In this document: piece after piece, positions 58,700 to 64,000 of the stretch
Position numbering within the stretch: the first letter of the stretch is position 1
How the letters are laid out: the number at the start of each line of letters is the position of its first letter
From: Thermodesulfobacteriota bacterium
GTDB lineage: Bacteria; Desulfobacterota; Desulfobacteria; Desulfobacterales; SURF-7
Reading direction: 5' to 3'
DNA length: 64,000 nucleotides
Assembly: GCA_049320885.1 (NCBI GenBank)
Contig: JBMORA010000018.1
Span: 1-64,000 of the forward strand
The notes under the pieces: model-generated
Databases searched by the model: none
Seen by the model: only the letters and a program-made list of their open reading frames with translations
Told to the model about the DNA's origin: nothing
Translations under genes and position numbers: made by a program

Positions 58700-59770
58700 A
58701 TGAAACCCATTTGGTATATGAACCTGGCGGAACCCCTCATCGACATAAAAAATCTTAATAAAAACCAATTATTGAATTGGCTTGCCGAACAGAAGATCGA
58801 GCGTTTCCGGGCTGACCAGATCTTCAAATGGATCTATCTTCGCCAGGCCGACCATTTCGATCAAATGACCGATCTGGGGAAATCCGTTCGCAGCCGGTTG
58901 ACCGCCGCTTTTTTCATCGAGCGGCTGCCGGTGGAGCGGATCGAGACATCCTGCGACGGCTCCCGGAAATATCTCTTCCGGCTGTCCGACGGCAACCGCA
59001 TCGAGACCGTGTTGATACCGGAAAAAAGCCACCACACCCTGTGCGTCTCCACCCAGGTCGGATGCGCCCAGGGCTGCCGCTTCTGCATGACGGCCCGGCA
59101 GGGATTTGTCCGCAACCTCCGGACAGGGGAAATCATCGCTCAAATCCGGGATGTCCAACAACACATGGCTTCCCCCGCCCAGTTGAAAAACATTGTGTTC
59201 ATGGGCATGGGGGAACCCCTTGCCAATTTCGACAATCTTCTCAGCGCCATCGACATCATTACGGATGGCGACAGCGGGCTGAAATTCTCCACCAGGCGGG
59301 TGACGGTTTCCACCGCCGGCATGGTTCCCAAGATATCGTCTCTGGGCCAGGCAAGCACCGTCAATCTGGCCATATCATTAAACGCCACCGATAACAAGAC
59401 ACGAAGCATGCTGATGCCCATCAACCGCGCCTTCCCCATCGAAGAGCTGCTGGAAGCCTGCGCGCACTATCCCCTTTCGCACCGGCGCAAAATCACCATT
59501 GAATATATCCTGATCCGGGATCTCAACGACTCGCTGGAAAACGCCCGGCGGCTGTCGGATTTCATCCGCCGTCTGAAAGCCAAAATCAACCTGATTCCCT
59601 TCAATGAGCACCCGGGATGTGAATTCAAAACACCGACCGAAAGCACCGTCGAGACGTTTTTGAAATTTCTCCATGACCGGGGGCACACCGCCATTGTTCG
59701 ATACAGCAAGGGACGGGACATCTCGGCCGCCTGCGGTCAACTGCGCGCTGACACGGCCCTGGAATATTAA
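58700..59770 (+). CDS. rlmN: Dual-specificity RNA methyltransferase RlmN (radical SAM)
   Basis: CAQGCRFC, FMGMGEP, AACGQL. Confidence 0.95.
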   Translation: MKPIWYMNLAEPLIDIKNLNKNQLLNWLAEQKIERFRADQIFKWIYLRQADHFDQMTDLGKSVRSRLTAAFFIERLPVERIETSCDGSRKYLFRLSDGNRIETVLIPEKSHHTLCVSTQVGCAQGCRFCMTARQGFVRNLRTGEIIAQIRDVQQHMASPAQLKNIVFMGMGEPLANFDNLLSAIDIITDGDSGLKFSTRRVTVSTAGMVPKISSLGQASTVNLAISLNATDNKTRSMLMPINRAFPIEELLEACAHYPLSHRRKITIEYILIRDLNDSLENARRLSDFIRRLKAKINLIPFNEHPGCEFKTPTESTVETFLKFLHDRGHTAIVRYSKGRDISAACGQLRADTALEY

Positions 59771-59920
59771 TATCCACTTATAGTCCGCTGTCTCTGGGGG
59801 GAAGGACGGCGTGGAGATGGATGGAAAAAACCGGCGGGCATAAAACGGATCGACTGCGAAACCGCCGCCGCTCCCATGAGATGGCTAAACCGCCCTGGCG
59901 TAACGAAGGCCGCAAGAATT

Positions 59921-59950
59921 AAAAAAGCGCTTGGACTCAAGCGCTTTTTT
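59921..59950. terminator. Bidirectional intrinsic terminator
   Basis: AAAAAAGCGCTTG-GACT-CAAGCGCTTTTTT between convergent genes. Confidence 0.85.
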
Positions 59951-59974
59951 GAATCTGGTGCGAAGCGAAACGGA

Positions 59975-60175
59975 TCAGCCGCGCACCCGCTTGATGGTTT
60001 GATTTGCAATAAGATCTTGAAATTGCTGCAACAGCTTTCTTTCATACTCATCGATCACGCCGTCACTGTCCGCCATCGCCATGATCTCGTCATATTCCTT
60101 GGGGGTCACCTCGCAATCAGCGATGGCTTTTTTAATCAGCTCACCTAACTGCAACCCGCTTTTCGCCGGTTTCAT
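59975..60175 (-). CDS. Small hypothetical protein with an acidic EF-hand/TerB-like loop
   Basis: 66 aa, GAGG/GGAG RBS, ADSDGVIDEYE. Confidence 0.7.
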   Translation of the reverse strand: MKPAKSGLQLGELIKKAIADCEVTPKEYDEIMAMADSDGVIDEYERKLLQQFQDLIANQTIKRVRG

Positions 60176-60294
60176 TCTCCACCTCCTCGCAATCCGTTTT
60201 GCAATATTGACCTGCCGGGTGATCTGCCATTGGTGTATTATACTATATCGCATCCGCCTTGAATGCAACCCCCGGTCCCAACGAAATTATAAGT

Positions 60295-61356
60295 TTATGC
60301 CGCCTGCTCATTGGGAACGGCGGCGTTGGGTTCGGCGCACAAACCGGACTCCCCCCAGATGTAGCGGCCGTATTTCAAATACCCCTGAACGTTATTGAGC
60401 CGGGAGTCGATTCCTTTTTCCACGGGAATTACATTGCCGCTGATGAGGGGTTTTAAATGGGCGGCCAATTCCATGCACCCGCCGCCGGTCAGGATGATCG
60501 CGTCCATGTCCCAATCATCCGCCCACAGGCGATCGATATCGTTGGCCATGGCCTCGGCGGCCTGCTTGAACACCTGGTCGCGAATTTTGGAGATATCGTA
60601 TTCCTGACCTCTCATCTTGATGATACCGCTTTCCACCGCATTATACATCCGGTACAATTCCACATTGATGCCGGTTTTTTCCTGTAATTTATTGGCGATC
60701 ACCCGAAAAATCTTGGAAATACCCGTATCCATGGTTGCACTGCCGCGGTCGATATAGCGCAGTTTGTCAAAAATGGTATAATCCGTGGTGCGAAAACCGA
60801 TATCCACCACGCCCACCTTCTGGCGGGTCAGATCGGCATTGACGATCTTTCCTTTTTCGTCCATCAGCAGATTGAAAAAGCTGCCCAGCGGCTGTGGCAT
60901 CATCCGCACCTTCTTGATGGCGATTCGACGCGTGATGTCCGTCCCGTCCGGCCGGTGATAGGTAATGTTGTGCTGCCCTGTCAGAATTTTGGCGAGACGC
61001 GCGTTGTTGTCCTTGAAGTAGGCAACCGGGAGACCGGAAACCACATTCATCGGCTGCTCTTTTTCCGAAAATTTGCCGGCCGCGGTCAGAGCAAGAATCC
61101 TCGCGAACTCGGTCAGGAGCTTTTCCTGATCCAGGGTGAACTGACGTACGTTGGATTGCTGCTCCGCATAGTCGCCGACAAAATACGATTTCTCGCCGAT
61201 GGTCACATGCAGATTGCTCGCGAAGGTGGTGTTACCGAAATCGGAGCGGAACTGGATATCCACCGCCTCGCCGAAAATCGATTTAAACATGACGGTTTCT
61301 TTCCCATTGAAGGCTTTCGTGAAACCGAAACCGATGTCAAGTCCCAGGATATCCAT
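60295..61356 (-). CDS. ParM/StbA-family actin-like ATPase
   Basis: Phosphate-1 GLDIGFGFTK, SGLP, MPQPLG, phosphate-2 VDIGFRTTD, adenosine LTGGG, NVQGY; ATG 61356 with GGAGG RBS. Confidence 0.9.
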   Translation of the reverse strand: MDILGLDIGFGFTKAFNGKETVMFKSIFGEAVDIQFRSDFGNTTFASNLHVTIGEKSYFVGDYAEQQSNVRQFTLDQEKLLTEFARILALTAAGKFSEKEQPMNVVSGLPVAYFKDNNARLAKILTGQHNITYHRPDGTDITRRIAIKKVRMMPQPLGSFFNLLMDEKGKIVNADLTRQKVGVVDIGFRTTDYTIFDKLRYIDRGSATMDTGISKIFRVIANKLQEKTGINVELYRMYNAVESGIIKMRGQEYDISKIRDQVFKQAAEAMANDIDRLWADDWDMDAIILTGGGCMELAAHLKPLISGNVIPVEKGIDSRLNNVQGYLKYGRYIWGESGLCAEPNAAVPNEQAA

Positions 61357-61418
61357 GGCTCCCTCCACAAGTAGGTCCGTAGGGTGATGGTTGAGGCGAG
61401 TATTTGAATCTAAACATA

Positions 61419-61434
61419 AGCAAATATAATGCCA
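61419..61434 (-). promoter_or_regulatory. sigma54 (-24/-12) promoter upstream of the ParM-like gene
   Basis: Minus strand TGGCAT-TATAT-TTGCT (GG-N10-GC) about 60 bp upstream of the ATG. Confidence 0.7.
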
Positions 61435-61738
61435 TGTGCATTTAGAACCGCGGCGGTTGACGCCCTCCCACGGAATGCCCGCCGCTTCAAGTCCCTTCAC
61501 CTGTTTCCTTTCCCGGTCATCGCCATTTTCGACGAAATCTTGACTTCGGGCACGCCAATATTTTGGCTCTCCACGGTTATCGCCCTTATGACGGGAGGAG
61601 AATTATCGCTCCGGGTCCGAACCGGAATCCCTCCGCAAGGGAATATTGCCATCTGCGAACAAATCTGTTATGTAGGGAAAAATCATGCCGCACAGCCGGC
61701 ATATTCCCCCGAAAAGTCAATTCGTACGAGGAAGTCCC

Positions 61739-62218
61739 ATGCACCCTATCAACCTGAACGATGGAACCATCGAATACGAAGGCAGATGGCTCACGATCCA
61801 TGATCTGACGGCGGCGATCCAAAAGAAAATAGAATCCGGCGACATGAAATTCGCGGAGCTGGCCGCCGCACTGGAGGAACTGAACAAGGCGATTGAAAAC
61901 TCGCGGACCATATCCGTCAAATTGATTTTGGAAAAAACCGAATACGAAGCCTTGCGGGAAAAGGGCCAAGCCGATGACCGCGAGTGTATCCTCAAGGCAA
62001 TCAAGGCCTTCATCGGAAAAGAGCCCGCCGCTGTCAAGGAATCCTTTGCCGAAACCATCGCTTATATGCCGCCGCCCAAAAAAATAAAAAAGAAAGGCAA
62101 GATCAAATGCGCCGGCTGCGGCAAGCCCATTGAGGTTTCTCTCGACGAGGAGGAGAGTGAAATCCATTGCAGCCATTGCGGCGCCAGGGGGCTTCTCAAG
62201 CCGCGGCAGATGGAATAG
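61739..62218 (+). CDS. Hypothetical protein with possible ribbon-helix-helix segment and C-terminal Zn ribbon
   Basis: ISVKLILEKTEYEALREKG...RECILKAIKAFI; CAGC...CSHC; GAGG RBS. Confidence 0.75.
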   Translation: MHPINLNDGTIEYEGRWLTIHDLTAAIQKKIESGDMKFAELAAALEELNKAIENSRTISVKLILEKTEYEALREKGQADDRECILKAIKAFIGKEPAAVKESFAETIAYMPPPKKIKKKGKIKCAGCGKPIEVSLDEEESEIHCSHCGARGLLKPRQME

Positions 62219-62289
62219 GAGTTCGTTACCGGACAACCCCCGCCGCTATCGGCATCGGCCGAGGGTGACGCGAACCGTCTTCCCGGCTC

Positions 62290-62787
62290 TCAGCCTCGGG
62301 AACTGATCGCCGACCGGATTTTCTCGATAATGTCAGCCGTCACCCGCCGGGTTGCTTCCATTTTTGAAGCGGAAGTCACCGCATCCACCGCCAGCGACTC
62401 CGGCGTCCATTCTTCATCTCCCGCGGTGACCAGAACCACCAGACGCTCCTTGGCGGGAAGAGCCTCGATGAATTTCAGCACCTCGGGGCTTAACGACCAG
62501 GCGATGCAGGAATTGAGGATGATGATCCCGTCATACTCCTCGGCCCGCTCCTGCCCCAGATTGGTCACGTCGATCATTTTGACGTAGACCCGATCGTTTT
62601 CCAGGGCCTCGATGACGCCTTCCACAACAGCGGTCTTGAATTCACTGGATTCCGTCGCGATCAGCACCTTGTGTTCAAACCGCGCCATGTCGCCGATTTC
62701 AACGGTCCTGACCGGCGGAAGTGTGCACCCGGCAAGCCCTGCCAGCACCATTACCCACAGAACCCCAAACGCCATCCTGCAAGTCAT
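62290..62787 (-). CDS. Hypothetical lipoprotein (flavodoxin-like alpha/beta pattern)
   Basis: Lipobox LAGC; KVLIA...YDGIIIL pattern. Confidence 0.7.
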   Translation of the reverse strand: MTCRMAFGVLWVMVLAGLAGCTLPPVRTVEIGDMARFEHKVLIATESSEFKTAVVEGVIEALENDRVYVKMIDVTNLGQERAEEYDGIIILNSCIAWSLSPEVLKFIEALPAKERLVVLVTAGDEEWTPESLAVDAVTSASKMEATRRVTADIIEKIRSAISSRG

Positions 62788-62850
62788 CTTCCGGCCTCCT
62801 GATGTCCCCGGGACAGGAATGAACGTGATTTCAAAACGGTTGTAAAACCC

Positions 62851-63036
62851 TCAGGATGATTTCTTGGCGGCATACCCGTCGGCGTACCATCCGCCGCCCT
62901 TCAGGGAGAAGGTGCATTGGGAAATGATTTTTTTCGCTTTCTGATGGCATTCCGGGCATTCGATTTCCTCGGTGCCCATGCCGACCAGTCTTTCCGTGAT
63001 GGTTCCTTGCGGACATTCAAACTCATAAACCGGCAT
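62851..63036 (-). CDS. FmdB-family zinc-ribbon regulatory protein
   Basis: MPVYEFEC...CPEC...FSLKGGGWY; AGGAGG RBS. Confidence 0.88.
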   Translation of the reverse strand: MPVYEFECPQGTITERLVGMGTEEIECPECHQKAKKIISQCTFSLKGGGWYADGYAAKKSS

Positions 63037-63370
63037 GATCGTTTTCCTCCTGTAATGGCCTTGACGCATCCCGCCCATGACGCTGCTCCATAAGCCAAGG
63101 TCCGGGATCCGTTTTTCGATCAAGGTGACATTTATACCTTTCCTTGAACCCAAGATCAAGCTTCTTTTTGATAACAGCGGCCCGAAAGAAACTGGACGAA
63201 CCGCTTTTCACCCAAAAATGGCATGGAATGACAAAGGCTTCCGGATCGTGTCGCTCTTAATGGTTGACATTACCGCCGCTTGTCCGGTAGCATGGTTGCA
63301 TATAATAAAATAAGGACATTATCTCCTTCATTCCCGTATTCACCTTCAAACAGCCGTCGGGGGATGGGCC

Positions 63371-63979
63371 ATGCGCCGCTTCATCTGCTTCGCAGGTTTT
63401 TTTACCCTGTTATATTTCAGCACAGCCGCGGCTGAAAAGTCCGATTCGACCCGGGCGCGGATGGGGATTCAAATCAAACGCGGGCAACACGCGGTATTGG
63501 CGGAAAACACCCGGAGCCTGCAACCCGGTGATCAACTTAGAATTTATGTGATCCCGGAAAGCGAAGCCTTTGTTTATGTTGTTCACTCCGACCAGGCAAA
63601 GGCAAGTTTACTGAATCAAGATCGCGCCGGGATGAAAGAATCCAACCTGATTCTTCCCTCACCGGGTGGTTTTTTCGAGGTGGATGGTCAAAGCACCCAT
63701 GAAGCCATCACCATTGTTTGCAGCCACCGGGAATTGAAGGAACTCGCCGGTCTTTTCCACCAGGGTACGGCCTCCCATTCGGAATGGAAGGGCCTGGAAC
63801 AAAAACTGCTTGGACAAAACCGGATCGAGTTGAACCAGAATATAGAAAAACCCCTGACCATCGCGGGAAACGTCAGAGGCATATCCCCGGCCCTGCCGGA
63901 TCCGTTTATCGGACGCCTGCGGGCTTATTCCGGCCATAAGGTTCTGGTCAAGACCTATGCCTTCGCCGTTCAGAAATAG
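63371..63979 (+). CDS. Secreted hypothetical protein (DUF4384-like)
   Basis: Signal peptide; LQPGDQLRIYV...FVYVVH...E.ITIVCS pattern. Confidence 0.6.
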   Translation: MRRFICFAGFFTLLYFSTAAAEKSDSTRARMGIQIKRGQHAVLAENTRSLQPGDQLRIYVIPESEAFVYVVHSDQAKASLLNQDRAGMKESNLILPSPGGFFEVDGQSTHEAITIVCSHRELKELAGLFHQGTASHSEWKGLEQKLLGQNRIELNQNIEKPLTIAGNVRGISPALPDPFIGRLRAYSGHKVLVKTYAFAVQK

Positions 63980-64000
63980 AAACAGCCTCACATTTATCGC

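Noticed and set aside
60295..61356. Integrated plasmid or prophage around the ParM-like gene
   Set aside because: No integrase, rep, transfer or phage genes, no att-like repeats, and composition matches the backbone
63040..63370. 6S RNA or other ncRNA in the intergenic region
   Set aside because: Only a short CTTGA/TCAAG stem is visible; no long rod-like pairing could be supported by eye

Overview
64 kb of chromosome from an anaerobic deltaproteobacterium, probably a Desulfobacterales-type sulfate reducer (inferred from gene content). In order: (1) the end of a histidine kinase, a REC-GAF-PAS-PAS-HK-REC hybrid kinase and a PlsC-type acyltransferase. (2) An atypical cytochrome c-rnfCDGEAB operon: 7-heme cytochrome, RnfC without recognisable FMN/NAD motifs, RnfD apparently without its flavinylated Thr, and RnfB fused to a GltD/NfnL-like FAD/NADP oxidoreductase. 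(3) An HdrD/DsrK-like Fe-S protein split in the ORF track by an in-frame TGA followed by a SECIS-like hairpin, so very likely a selenoprotein, bracketed by heptamer-based repeats. (4) A ~26 kb, mostly AT-richer exosortase/PEP-CTERM-type exopolysaccharide locus with toxin-antitoxin genes or remnants at both ends. (5) A DAGK / FlgT-like / WD40 / beta-barrel operon, a lipase, and a tandem pair of phytoene-desaturase-family flavoproteins resembling CtmAB. (6) The ffh-rpsP-khpA-rimM-trmD-rplS-rnhB-yraN-rsmI operon extended by an ADP-forming acyl-CoA synthetase and a PPTase, plus rlmN. (7) A chromosomal ParM/StbA-like actin with a sigma54-type promoter, and several small genes. I saw no rRNA, tRNA, CRISPR array or intact transposase. 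All family calls come from motif recognition by eye; no searches were run.
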